Program-made: the position numbers and the translations under genes | The notes under the pieces: model-generated | The model's database searches: none | Seen by the model: only the letters and a program-made list of their open reading frames with translations | What the model was told of the DNA's origin: nothing | Assembly: GCA_020851375.1 (NCBI GenBank) | Contig: JADZCV010000045.1 | Coordinates: 128,046-192,045, forward strand | Length of the DNA stretch: 64,000 nt | Origin: Nitrospirota bacterium | Lineage (GTDB): Bacteria; Nitrospirota; 9FT-COMBO-42-15; HDB-SIOI813 | Reading direction: 5' to 3' | Shown: positions 49,990 through 59,363 of the stretch, piece after piece | Layout: every line of letters begins with the position of its first letter | Position numbering within the stretch: position 1 is the first letter of the stretch

Positions 49990-50889
49990 CTACTTAAGGT
50001 CCGCTAATCTTATCCTGGCGAGTGAAGCCTCCGGAGAATAGGGCAATTGCTCTACAACCTTCTTAAAATACAGCTTTGCCATGTCCTTATTTCCCAGCTT
50101 TTCATATCCGTAGCCCATCTTAAGCAGTGCGCCTGCCACCTTGTCACTTTTCGGATAATCAATCGTTACACTCTCAAAGACAGTTACAGACTTTGTATAG
50201 TCACCCTTGCTGTAAAAACACTCCCCTATCCAATACAGGGCATTTGGCGCTAAATTCCCTGTTGGAGACTGACGCAGGTAATTGTAGAAACCCTCTATGG
50301 CAGGATCAAAATGACCTGACATGTAATCCTTATATGCCTGATTGTAAAGTTCGGAGGGTGCTGATGCAGAAGCGCTCTCTGATGGTTTTGCGGCAGTTGA
50401 CTGAGCAGGCGGTTGTCCGGACTGCGTCACAGGCGGTGCAGGGGCAAGAATTGTATCCTGCTGTCTGTTCCTCTCCCCTTTCGCTGATTCCAGGTTATCA
50501 AGCCTTCTTGACATCTCCTGAATAGCAGCGTCATGATCATCAACACTCTCTGTCAACTCAGTCACCTTGTGAGTATTTTCCTCTACTCCGCCCTGAATAA
50601 TCTGGACATCGGTCGCAAGCTGCGTCAACCTCCCCTCAAAATCAGCCTGGTTCTTCTGCAGCATATCAATGGATCCGGAATTTTGAGATTCCAGCCTCGA
50701 CATCAGCTCTTTAATAGACTGTTTCTCATCGGGCTGGGACTGCTGGAGATTTGAAAAATCCCTCTGTGTCTGAAGTAAAATGACCTTCATGCGGTTGACC
50801 TCATTTTCCAGATCAACGAATTCAGACTGCATGGCACAACCGGAAACAGAAATAACCAGTGCAACAAAAGTCAACAATATCTTTTTCAC
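49990..50889 (-). CDS. cpoB: Tol-Pal-associated CpoB/YbgF-like protein (lipoprotein signal, coiled coil, C-terminal TPR), GTG start
   Basis: SD GAGGAGG 9 nt before the GTG; lipobox VSGC; a coiled coil; and a C-terminal TPR region YWIGECFYSKGDY. The longest ORF would overlap tolB. Confidence 0.7.
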   Translation of the reverse strand: MKKILLTFVALVISVSGCAMQSEFVDLENEVNRMKVILLQTQRDFSNLQQSQPDEKQSIKELMSRLESQNSGSIDMLQKNQADFEGRLTQLATDVQIIQGGVEENTHKVTELTESVDDHDAAIQEMSRRLDNLESAKGERNRQQDTILAPAPPVTQSGQPPAQSTAAKPSESASASAPSELYNQAYKDYMSGHFDPAIEGFYNYLRQSPTGNLAPNALYWIGECFYSKGDYTKSVTVFESVTIDYPKSDKVAGALLKMGYGYEKLGNKDMAKLYFKKVVEQLPYSPEASLARIRLADLK

Positions 50890-50947
50890 CTGAAAACCCC
50901 TCCTCGTCCTGCCAGTCCACAGCCGGCCATTAAGGCCTGCGCCGCAT

Positions 50948-52237
50948 TTAATTAGGGGACCAGTCCGGCCCCGTGTTATTCCCGCCATTATTTGTCAATC
51001 TGAGCGCCTCACCGCCCTCAGCGCTTATAACATATATGTCAGACTTTCTGCCCCTTGATGATGCATATGTGACCCACTTGCCGTCAGGAGACCATGATGG
51101 GGACTCATCACTTCCGGGACCTTTTGATATCTCCCTTAGATCACTGCCGTCCGGGTTGACAAGACAAATACGAAAGCTCCCCCCCCGCCTGCATGAAAAC
51201 GCTATCCTGTCACCTCTGGGCGACCATGCAGGTTCGCTGTTATAGTCTCCCTTAAAGGTCAATCTGCGTACATTGGTGCCATCTGCCTTCATCACATATA
51301 TCTGCGGACTTCGTCCCCTGTCTGATGTAAAGGCAATCTCCTCACCGGCAGGAGACCAGGTTGGTGACACATCTTCTCCGTTGGCATATGTAATCCTCCT
51401 TAATCCCTTTCCATCCCTGTTCATTGTATATATCTCGGCATTCCCATCCCTGCTTGTTGAAAATGCTATTGTATTGCCATCAGGAGACCAGGATGGCGAA
51501 ATATCCAGTCCTGAATAATCAGTCAGCCTCAACCGTTTGCTCGTGTTCAAATCTACCATATATATATCAGGATTGCCATCCCTGTATGACGTGTAGGCTA
51601 TTTGAGTTCCGCCGGGTGACCAGTCAGGCGACATGTTGATTGACCTGTTTCCTGTAATCATCTTTGATGAAAAACCGTCATAGTCCATAATGTAGAGCTC
51701 CTTGCTCCCGGTGTGATCAGACACGTAAGAAATGCGTGTCTGTGCAATCCCCTTTTCTCCTGTCATCCTGAATACTATCTCGTCTGAATACCTGTGGACT
51801 ATCCTTCGAAGGATATTATTGTTTCCTATATATTTCCTGGCATAGATCAGCTCTCCGCTCCCTGTCTCATACAATTTGCCATCCAGCCTTATCGTCTTTC
51901 CGTCCCTGAATACCTGCGCAACAACCAATGCCTCAGCGCCGGATGAAGTCAATTGTCCGCGAATGGCCTCGCCAAGCCTGTCTGGAACCCCTTTTAATTG
52001 AGGTCCCTGGATTGTAATCAGCTTAAAATATAAGGAGCGCTCAAGGTCATTTAAGAGTATCTTTCCTACTGCAGTTTTCAACTCCTGGTCATCGCCTGTA
52101 ATCACTACTGATACAGGGATCTTCTCAATCTCTCCCTTCTTCGTCTCAATATATACCTCTTCAGATAGCGCTGCCTTAAATGAGAGGGCAGACAGCAATA
52201 CAAAAAAAGTAAACAGATGTAATATTTTCTTCTTCAA
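50948..52237 (-). CDS. tolB: Tol-Pal system beta-propeller protein TolB
   Basis: Signal peptide and repeated PDWSPDG propeller blades. Confidence 0.9.
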   Translation of the reverse strand: MKKKILHLFTFFVLLSALSFKAALSEEVYIETKKGEIEKIPVSVVITGDDQELKTAVGKILLNDLERSLYFKLITIQGPQLKGVPDRLGEAIRGQLTSSGAEALVVAQVFRDGKTIRLDGKLYETGSGELIYARKYIGNNNILRRIVHRYSDEIVFRMTGEKGIAQTRISYVSDHTGSKELYIMDYDGFSSKMITGNRSINMSPDWSPGGTQIAYTSYRDGNPDIYMVDLNTSKRLRLTDYSGLDISPSWSPDGNTIAFSTSRDGNAEIYTMNRDGKGLRRITYANGEDVSPTWSPAGEEIAFTSDRGRSPQIYVMKADGTNVRRLTFKGDYNSEPAWSPRGDRIAFSCRRGGSFRICLVNPDGSDLREISKGPGSDESPSWSPDGKWVTYASSRGRKSDIYVISAEGGEALRLTNNGGNNTGPDWSPN

Positions 52238-53019
52238 CCCTTCTCCCCGAATATAAACCTGTAATGCACTTTCAGGGAATCCCCTTTATAACCACGGGGT
52301 AACGGAGGAAAAGGGGTCGAAAGGGTCACAGCCCTCAGGGCAGTTTGATCAAAATATCTGTCTCCTGACGAATCCGCAACCTTCACGTTACTGACATCCC
52401 CTTTTCTGTTAATGGTAAATTCAATAAGTGCTTTTCTCATGTTACTGTGAGTTACAGGCTGACTCCACCTGTTATCAACCTTATTTTTTATGAGCCCGAG
52501 ATAATAGTCATATTTAAATGAAGGCAGGTCTACTACTGGTCCGCTTACCATCTGACCGCTTCCGCCAAGTTTTGAATCTCTCTGAGATTGAACTTCGCCC
52601 GGCCCCCCAACCCTCTCTTCTGCACTGTCTCCTGCAGGCTTCACCGGTGTTGCAATTACCTCCTTCTGCTTTTTTATGCCACTCTCGATTACCTCTCTTA
52701 ATTTCTCGATCCTTTTCGATGGACTTATGTCCTCTTTCTTTTCGATGACTGCACTTTTCTTTTTTTCTGTCTTTTTTACAGTTGCAGTGCTTTTCACGAC
52801 CCTTGAGATTTCCGGTTCAGGGGCTGTCATGCGGCCCGGATTTTCTTTAGGAAGGTTTACAATGCTAACCTGTATCGAAGATAACGGAGAATATTTTGCT
52901 GTAAAGAGGTCCTTCCATCTTAAGAAACCGGAGGAAAATATCATTGACAGGATTGATATATGAAAAAGGAGGGATATTGTCAGCATCCACTTCAAGTTTG
53001 TCTCTGCTTGCCTGAACAT
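52234..53019 (-). CDS. tolA: TolA/TonB-family energy-transducer (N-terminal TM, Lys/Pro linker, TonB-C-like domain)
   Basis: Domain organisation as stated; lies between tolR and tolB. Confidence 0.6.
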   Translation of the reverse strand: MFRQAETNLKWMLTISLLFHISILSMIFSSGFLRWKDLFTAKYSPLSSIQVSIVNLPKENPGRMTAPEPEISRVVKSTATVKKTEKKKSAVIEKKEDISPSKRIEKLREVIESGIKKQKEVIATPVKPAGDSAEERVGGPGEVQSQRDSKLGGSGQMVSGPVVDLPSFKYDYYLGLIKNKVDNRWSQPVTHSNMRKALIEFTINRKGDVSNVKVADSSGDRYFDQTALRAVTLSTPFPPLPRGYKGDSLKVHYRFIFGEKG

Positions 53020-53037
53020 AAGTAAACTCTAATTGTT

Positions 53038-53442
53038 CTACTCCACCTCCTTAAGAGATTCTGTAACCATACCAAGCTTGTCTATGCCCATCCCTTTAAC
53101 TGTATCCATCACACTTACGATAGTCCCGTATGGTACAGACCTGTCTGCCTTCAAATAGACTGTCACATCAGCATCTTCAGCGCTCTTTTGCCTGATGGCA
53201 GATTCGATCCCCGCCATAGGGACCTTTCTGTCATCAATATAGACATTGCTGAACCTGTCAACAATAAGCATTATTCGCTGTTCCTGCTTTATCGTATTTA
53301 CGGACGACTTCGGAAGGTCAACATCAATGCCACGGTACATAAGTGGGGCTGATATCATGAAAATAATCAGCAGCACAAGGACTATATCAACAAACGGCAC
53401 CATGTTAATTTCAGACATCAGCCTGTATTTTTTATCAGTCAA
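53038..53442 (-). CDS. tolR: TolR/ExbD
   Basis: 134 aa with a single TM segment and the biopolymer-transport ExbD fold. Confidence 0.85.
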   Translation of the reverse strand: MTDKKYRLMSEINMVPFVDIVLVLLIIFMISAPLMYRGIDVDLPKSSVNTIKQEQRIMLIVDRFSNVYIDDRKVPMAGIESAIRQKSAEDADVTVYLKADRSVPYGTIVSVMDTVKGMGIDKLGMVTESLKEVE

Positions 53443-54177
53443 TCATGACCCCTTTTGAATCCTGGCTAAAGATGGTTCATCCGCTTCCTCGGCCTGACCG
53501 CTTCCTGCCCAGACATCGGCTTCAGCGTATGCTATGATCTCTCCTGAAAACACATCCATCTGCGATGCCATCTTTCTAACCCTGTTCAACAGATAATTAT
53601 AACCTATGACAGCAGGGATTGCGGTAGCAAGACCTGCGCCTGTAGCGATGAGCGCCTCAGCTATACCAGGCGCCACTGCCGCAATATTTGCCGAACCCTG
53701 CAGCCCTATCTGCTGAAATGCATGTATAATACCCCACACAGTACCAAACAATCCGATAAAGGGTGTAACATTCCCGGTAGTAGCAAGAAATGAGAGATAC
53801 TCCTCATAATATGATATTTCATCCTCGCTGGTGCTCTTTAATCTCCTGTCAATGGCATTCAGAAAGGCAGGCCGGTCGGTCAGCAGGCCCCCCTGTCCCT
53901 TCTTAATCTCATAGAACCTCGCATACCCCTCCTTAACCAGTGAAGCAAGCGGATTGTCCTTATTCTTTGACAAGGTATAGAGCTGGTGGATATTTTCAAT
54001 CTTTGAAAAGGTACCCATAAATTCTCTGGAATCCTTTTCTATCCTGCGGAACTGGAAAAACTTAAAGAACATGACAGCCCAGGATACAATGGAGAATATG
54101 AACAGGATTAACAGGACTACCTTGGCTACTATTCCGGCTGAGAAAATGAGTTTTAGGATTTCTGATTCTATATGCAT
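53443..54177 (-). CDS. tolQ: TolQ/ExbB (MotA family)
   Basis: 3 TM segments with the conserved C-terminal TM core. Confidence 0.85.
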   Translation of the reverse strand: MHIESEILKLIFSAGIVAKVVLLILFIFSIVSWAVMFFKFFQFRRIEKDSREFMGTFSKIENIHQLYTLSKNKDNPLASLVKEGYARFYEIKKGQGGLLTDRPAFLNAIDRRLKSTSEDEISYYEEYLSFLATTGNVTPFIGLFGTVWGIIHAFQQIGLQGSANIAAVAPGIAEALIATGAGLATAIPAVIGYNYLLNRVRKMASQMDVFSGEIIAYAEADVWAGSGQAEEADEPSLARIQKGS

Positions 54178-54270
54178 GCGGAACTTGTTTACGCTGAAAA
54201 ACGCCGCAGACGGGCATTTTTGTGTGTAGCTGTTGCAACTTCTGCTGAGCTACAGATGCTCACCTTATTA

Positions 54271-54348
54271 TGGCGGGGCCGACGAGACTTGAACTCGCGA
54301 CCTCCTGCGTGACAGGCAGGCGTTCTAACCGAACTGAACTACGACCCC
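54271..54348 (-). tRNA. tRNA-Asp (anticodon GTC)
   Basis: Cloverleaf with anticodon loop CTGTCAC; CCA encoded. Confidence 0.85.
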
Positions 54349-54353
54349 GCGGG

Positions 54354-54478
54354 TTGACGCTGAAAAGTGCCCATCTGCGGCGTCAGGGCATGGGAATTGA
54401 GCTTCAACGTACAACACAGTACGCCTCAGCTCAATTCCCATGCCCTTCCTTGCACCTGGACACTTTTGAGCGTCAACC
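54354..54478. repeat. Repeat family 1, full copy, ending 5 nt before the tRNA-Asp 5' end
   Basis: GTTGACGCTGAAAAG...CTTTTGAGCGTCAAC ends, the invariant core, and inner stem GGGCATGGGAATTGAG/CTCAATTCCCATGCCC. Confidence 0.6.
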
Positions 54479-54597
54479 TTGTTGTTTATGCTGAATTCTG
54501 CAAAATTACTTTATACGGCGTTGGACTCCTCAGGAAATCCTCAACGTACTATTTAGTACGCCTCCGGTTTCCTTGTCATCCACTCCTCTATAAGCAA

Positions 54598-54673
54598 TGG
54601 TAGGCGGAACAGGTATCGAACCTGTGACCTCGGCCTTGTAAGGGCCGCGCTCTACCAATTGAGCTATCCGCCC
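54598..54673 (-). tRNA. tRNA-Val (anticodon TAC)
   Basis: Cloverleaf with anticodon loop CTTACAA; CCA encoded. Confidence 0.85.
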
Positions 54674-54677
54674 ACAG

Positions 54678-54797
54678 TTTACGCTGAAAAATGTCCATTT
54701 GTGGCGTCAGGAAGTATCAATTGAGCTTCAACGTACAACACAGTACGCCTCAGCTCAATTGATACTTCCTTCCTTGCAACTGGACATTTTTGAGCGT
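54678..54797. repeat. Repeat family 1, full copy, starting 4 nt before the tRNA-Val 5' end
   Basis: Same ends and core as the other copies; inner stem GGAAGTATCAATTGAG/CTCAATTGATACTTCC. Confidence 0.6.
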
Positions 54798-54887
54798 AGA
54801 CTGAGTTACTTTTGCTACATTGGGTTACATCCTAACAACTTTAAAAAATATTGTCAATACGGAGTGTTCGGCTTATAATATTCCAAT

Positions 54888-55439
54888 ATGAACAGGGTTA
54901 TAATCATTTTGACTTTCTCTGTTATGCTCCTGTCATTTGGCCGGGTAATGGCACAAAAAGGGGGTGAAACTATGAATTTTACTCTAAGCACCTCTGCCTT
55001 CATTGAAGGTGAAACTATTCCGGTTAAATATACATGTGATGGCGCTGATCTGTCCCCTCTCATGAAATGGGAAGGGATACCGGCAGGCACAAAGGGATTT
55101 GCCATTATTATGGATGATCCTGATGCACCTGTAGGGACTTTTACACACTGGGTTATCTATGACATTCCTGCGGATACCCATACGCTGCCGGAAGGCCTCG
55201 CAAAAGACCCCGAACTTTCAAAGGGTATCAAGCAGGGAACAACCAGTTTCAGGCGTACAGGCTATGGAGGTCCGTGTCCTCCGCCAGGCCGCCCGCACAG
55301 ATACTTCTTCACAATCTATGCCCTTGATACCGGGACAACAGGATTAGCGTCCAAAGCATCAAGACAGGATGTTGAAAGCAGGATTAAAGGACACATCACC
55401 GGCAAAGCCACAGTGATGGGTCAATATGGGCGAAAATAG
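54888..55439 (+). CDS. YbhB/YbcL-family PEBP (Raf-kinase-inhibitor-like) periplasmic protein
   Basis: Signal peptide and PEBP motifs (DPDAPVGTFTHWVIYDIP, GYGGPCPP...HRY). Confidence 0.8.
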   Translation: MNRVIIILTFSVMLLSFGRVMAQKGGETMNFTLSTSAFIEGETIPVKYTCDGADLSPLMKWEGIPAGTKGFAIIMDDPDAPVGTFTHWVIYDIPADTHTLPEGLAKDPELSKGIKQGTTSFRRTGYGGPCPPPGRPHRYFFTIYALDTGTTGLASKASRQDVESRIKGHITGKATVMGQYGRK

Positions 55440-55466
55440 GGACAGCGACTATTTAACATCTGCAAC

Positions 55467-56429
55467 ATGAGCAAGCATTATTTTTCATACAGGGATTATC
55501 TTAAACAGGTCTTTCCATTCAGGGTTTATAAAATAGGGCTTGATGCAGGATTTACCTGTCCAAACAGGGATGGCTCTGTAGCATACGGCGGATGCGTCTA
55601 TTGTGAAAACCGGAGTTTCAGCCCGAATTCCAAGGGATCAAAGCGGTCTGTCAGCGAACAGATCATAAACGGCATGGAGTTTTACAGAAAGAACTTCAGG
55701 GCAGAAAAATTCATAGCCTATTTTCAGGCATATACCAACACGTATGGCCCGGTAAATCTGTTAAATGACCTGTACAGAGAGGCGCTGTCATTTGATGATG
55801 TCGTCGGTTTGTCAATAGGCACCAGACCTGACTGTCTTCCTGATGAAGTGGTTGACCTCCTCGCATCTTACTCGAAAAAGACCCATCTCTGGGTAGAGAT
55901 CGGCCTTCAGAGCATGTATGATGATACACTGACATGGATGAACAGGGGACACAACTTCGAACAGTTTGTTGATGCCATAACGAGGGTAAAGCTCAAAGGT
56001 CTCAGGGTATGCGTCCATGTCATATTAGGGCTGCCCGGTGAGACGCATGACATGATGATGCAGACGGCCGATATGCTTGCCAGCCTTGATATAGACGGAC
56101 TTAAGATACATCACCTCTACGTTGCGGAAAATACACTGCTCGAAAAGATGTATGCTAAGGGGGGGATTAATCTTATCTCTCCTGATGAATACATACAGCT
56201 TGTCTGTGATTTCCTTGAACGAATACCGGCTGGTGTTGCAATACAGCGTCTCACAGGAGAACTGACAGGTGATTATCTCATAGCACCAAAATGGGGAGTA
56301 TCAAAAAAGGTCATCCTGACACGTATAGAAAATGAGTTTGAACGCAGAGGTTCGTATCAGGGTAAAGAATGTAAATCAGAAAAGGATATAGCATCGCTGA
56401 CAATATCTGCAAGGGAAGGGACATTATGA
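55467..56429 (+). CDS. Radical SAM protein, TIGR01212/YhcC-like family
   Basis: N-terminal cysteine cluster CPNRDGSVAYGGCVYC and a TIM-barrel body. Confidence 0.8.
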   Translation: MSKHYFSYRDYLKQVFPFRVYKIGLDAGFTCPNRDGSVAYGGCVYCENRSFSPNSKGSKRSVSEQIINGMEFYRKNFRAEKFIAYFQAYTNTYGPVNLLNDLYREALSFDDVVGLSIGTRPDCLPDEVVDLLASYSKKTHLWVEIGLQSMYDDTLTWMNRGHNFEQFVDAITRVKLKGLRVCVHVILGLPGETHDMMMQTADMLASLDIDGLKIHHLYVAENTLLEKMYAKGGINLISPDEYIQLVCDFLERIPAGVAIQRLTGELTGDYLIAPKWGVSKKVILTRIENEFERRGSYQGKECKSEKDIASLTISAREGTL

Positions 56430-57148
56430 GCATCGCAGCAACAGACACAGGCTATTTCTCACAGGTATGTATAGAAAAATGCGGGGGAAAGTGCTGCGAC
56501 CCATGGTGGGGCATAATCACCTACTCTATAAAAAAAGAAGGCGGCCTGTTCCGTCCCCGGGAGCTTAAGACAGAAATAGTCAGCAGCATCAATGAAAGGG
56601 CTCAGAGAATATCGGGAAAGTATGTAACGAAAGAGGAGACTCCCCGTCCCCTCTTTACCACACCGGAGAGATACAACCTTGCGGTTCAGGATATCAAGGT
56701 AGCAAACAAGACGATTTTAATAAATCTGAGGGCAATGTTTGCATTCAGATGTCTCTTCTTATCTGAAGACAAAAAATGCAGGATACATCCTGCGGCAACA
56801 GGCGGAACTGAAATAAGACCAGAACACTGCGGCTACATGGGATCTCCTGAAGCTAAACCAAATGAAAAGGGATTCTGCCGGATAATACACGCCGCAGCAA
56901 CATCGTCCGACGATCCTCCTGCAGTAGATAAGGCCATTGAGACAGAATTAATGGCAAGTGAAAAACACTATAAAGATAGCTTTGACAAACCGGAAGATGC
57001 AGCAGAAGGCGTCGTAGAGCTTGTCAGGTTATACTGCCGTAATTACGCACCTCACATGTTACCTCCGGCAGCGGCCAGGACACCGGGACGAAATGATTCA
57101 TGTTATTGCGGAAGCGGGAAGAAGTACAAGAAATGCCACGGGATGTAA
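56426..57148 (+). CDS. YkgJ-type cysteine-cluster protein with a C-terminal SEC-C metal-binding motif
   Basis: CIEKCGGKCC at the N-terminus and CYCGSGKKYKKCHG at the C-terminus. Its ATG overlaps the stop of the upstream radical SAM gene (ATGA). Confidence 0.6.
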   Translation: MSIAATDTGYFSQVCIEKCGGKCCDPWWGIITYSIKKEGGLFRPRELKTEIVSSINERAQRISGKYVTKEETPRPLFTTPERYNLAVQDIKVANKTILINLRAMFAFRCLFLSEDKKCRIHPAATGGTEIRPEHCGYMGSPEAKPNEKGFCRIIHAAATSSDDPPAVDKAIETELMASEKHYKDSFDKPEDAAEGVVELVRLYCRNYAPHMLPPAAARTPGRNDSCYCGSGKKYKKCHGM

Positions 57149-57164
57149 AGCTGCTGAATAATAA

Positions 57165-57437
57165 TTACTTGTTCGACCTCTTTGGTCTTGGAGCAGGTGT
57201 TCCGTACAACATTCCCTCTGCACTAATATCTTCATCAACATCGGGCCAATGTATTCCTTGACCATCTCCAATAATTTCATACTTTGCCCGCTCCTCAGCT
57301 GTAGCCTCTGATAATCTCCATGACCATGCAAGAGGAACGCTAATTGTCCGCCCGTCAACAAGATATGCAGTTATAGTGTCCTCAGTAATACTCACATCTT
57401 TAATCTTTATTTCCTGGAGTTTAACCGCAATGCTCAT
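57165..57437 (-). CDS. DUF2442 family protein
   Basis: YEIIGDGQGIHWPDVDEDIS signature. It overlaps the DUF4160 gene by 17 nt. Confidence 0.7.
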   Translation of the reverse strand: MSIAVKLQEIKIKDVSITEDTITAYLVDGRTISVPLAWSWRLSEATAEERAKYEIIGDGQGIHWPDVDEDISAEGMLYGTPAPRPKRSNK

Positions 57438-57657
57438 ACCATGCCTCCTTTATCTTATCTATATTTTTATTAATAATCTCTCGAATAGTAGTTAGTTCTC
57501 TTGGTGAAAAGCCACTATTCTTGCACAAAGCAATTGGTTCCAACCAAAACTTACAGGTCATTCTCTCTCTTTGAACATGTACGTGCTTTGGTTCGTTGCA
57601 ATCAAAACTATAAAAGTAAAATCTATACGGACCCTCAATTTTTTTTATTGTCGGCAT
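57421..57657 (-). CDS. DUF4160 family protein
   Basis: MPTIKKIEGPYRFYFYSFDCNEPKHVHV signature. Confidence 0.7.
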   Translation of the reverse strand: MPTIKKIEGPYRFYFYSFDCNEPKHVHVQRERMTCKFWLEPIALCKNSGFSPRELTTIREIINKNIDKIKEAWYEHCG

Positions 57658-57688
57658 ATAGAAATGTTACTGAATATGGGGCATAGTG

Positions 57689-57889
57689 TCAAGAATACCA
57701 GAGGATATTCTTCACCCGTCCAACAATGCCGCTTTCAAGGCGCACCTTGATCCCGTGTGGATGCGTGGGTGACTTTGTCAGGATATCCTTAACTATACCT
57801 TCCGTCAGCCTTCCTGTACGCTGGTCATCCTTCGTTACCACCCGCACAAGCAGACCCTGTTTTATATCCGCTTTCTTTACCTCCTGCAT
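57689..57889 (-). CDS. YwbE-family small protein (DUF2196)
   Basis: 66 aa with TGRLTEGIVKDILTKSPTHPHGIKVRLESG, closely similar to B. subtilis YwbE. Confidence 0.65.
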   Translation of the reverse strand: MQEVKKADIKQGLLVRVVTKDDQRTGRLTEGIVKDILTKSPTHPHGIKVRLESGIVGRVKNILWYS

Positions 57890-59361
57890 GACGACAATAT
57901 CTCCTTGAAGTTTTCAAGTCCAGCCTCGATATTCTCGATGATTTCAGCTGCCAGTGTGTCGGGATCAGGCAAATTGTCCAGATCTGCAAGGGACTTGTCC
58001 TTCAACCATATGATATCAAGACTTGTCTTATCGCGGTTGATGATTTCGTCATAGGTGAATCGCCTCCACCTTCCTTCTGGATTGGTCTTAATATCCCAGG
58101 TCTCTTTCCTCCTATGCCTGTTCTCAGGTTTGTAGCATTCAATGAATTCTTTAAGGTCGTCAGGTTTCAACGGGTTCTTCTTGAGGGTATGATGGACATT
58201 GGTGCGGTAATCATAGACCCAGACCTCTTTCGTCCATGGGGCTTTACTCGCTGGCCTCGCGTCAAAGAAAAGGACATTCGCCTTCACCCCCTGGGCGTAA
58301 AATATCCCTGTCGGGAGGCGCAGGATGGTATGCAGTTCCGTTGTCTCCAGCAGTTTCTTTCTTACGGTTTCACCTGCGCCGCCTTCAAATAGGACATTGT
58401 CCGGCAGTACGACTGCCGCCTTCCCGTCTGTCTTCAGCATGGTCCGTATGTGCTGGACAAAGTTGAGTTGTTTATTGCTCGTGGTTGCCCAGAAGTCCTG
58501 ACGGTTGTAGGTCAGACCTTCTCTCTCCTGCTCCCCTTCTTCATTGGTAAAGGTCATACTGCTCTTTTTGCCGAAAGGCGGATTGGTAAGGACATAGTCT
58601 GCCCGCAAACCTGTATCTGCCACCAATGCATCCGTTGATGAAATTACGTTTTCACTGTCAATATCCCCGATGTTATGCAGGAACATGTTCATCAGCGCCA
58701 GTCTGCGGGTGTTGGCCACAATCTCGTTCCCGAAAAATGTCTTGTATTTCAAAGATTGTCTCTGGTCTTTGTCCAGATCATAGTTTTCCACGATAAAATC
58801 ATACGCAGCCAGAAAAAATCCGCCTGTTCCACAGGCTGGGTCAGCTATGATCTTCATGGGTTCCGGCCGCAGGCATGTGACCATTACCTTTATAAGCGCC
58901 CTGGGTGTGAAATACTGCCCTGCCCCGCTCTTCGTATCCTCTGCATTTTTCTCCAGCAGCCCCTCGTATATCGCGCCTTTTACATCAGCTCCCATCAGGC
59001 TCCATTGCTCCCTGTCAATCATATCAATGAGCTTATAGAGTTTTGCCGGATCCTGAATCTTGTTCTGGCTCTTGATGAAGATCTGCCCCAGTATCCCTTT
59101 CTGTTTCCCCAGCTCACGCAACAGCGTGGTGTAGTGTCCCTCCAGCTCTGCGCCCCGTTTGGCAGTCAGGCTTTCCCAATTGTATTCTACAGGAATCGGA
59201 AGCGACCGGCTGTAGGGCGGCTTGCTGTATTCATCAGCCAGCTTCAGAAAGAGGAGGTATGTAAGCTGCTCCAGGTAATCACCGTATCCCACTCCATCAT
59301 CACGGAGGGTGTTGCAGAAGGACCAGACCTTGCTTATGATGCCGGATGTATTGCTGCTCAT
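57877..59361 (-). CDS. hsdM: Type I restriction-modification N6-adenine methyltransferase subunit HsdM (apparently orphan)
   Basis: HsdM N-terminal domain; motif I DPACGTGGF; motif IV NPPFG. Confidence 0.9.
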   Translation of the reverse strand: MSSNTSGIISKVWSFCNTLRDDGVGYGDYLEQLTYLLFLKLADEYSKPPYSRSLPIPVEYNWESLTAKRGAELEGHYTTLLRELGKQKGILGQIFIKSQNKIQDPAKLYKLIDMIDREQWSLMGADVKGAIYEGLLEKNAEDTKSGAGQYFTPRALIKVMVTCLRPEPMKIIADPACGTGGFFLAAYDFIVENYDLDKDQRQSLKYKTFFGNEIVANTRRLALMNMFLHNIGDIDSENVISSTDALVADTGLRADYVLTNPPFGKKSSMTFTNEEGEQEREGLTYNRQDFWATTSNKQLNFVQHIRTMLKTDGKAAVVLPDNVLFEGGAGETVRKKLLETTELHTILRLPTGIFYAQGVKANVLFFDARPASKAPWTKEVWVYDYRTNVHHTLKKNPLKPDDLKEFIECYKPENRHRRKETWDIKTNPEGRWRRFTYDEIINRDKTSLDIIWLKDKSLADLDNLPDPDTLAAEIIENIEAGLENFKEILSSCRR

Positions 59362-59363
59362 AA

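Noticed and set aside
57877-59361. hsdM as part of a complete type I restriction-modification operon
   Set aside because: No hsdS (target-recognition domain repeats) or hsdR (nuclease plus SF2 motor) ORF exists within 6 kb on either side. The neighbours are a pseudogene, ywbE and the DUF pair.
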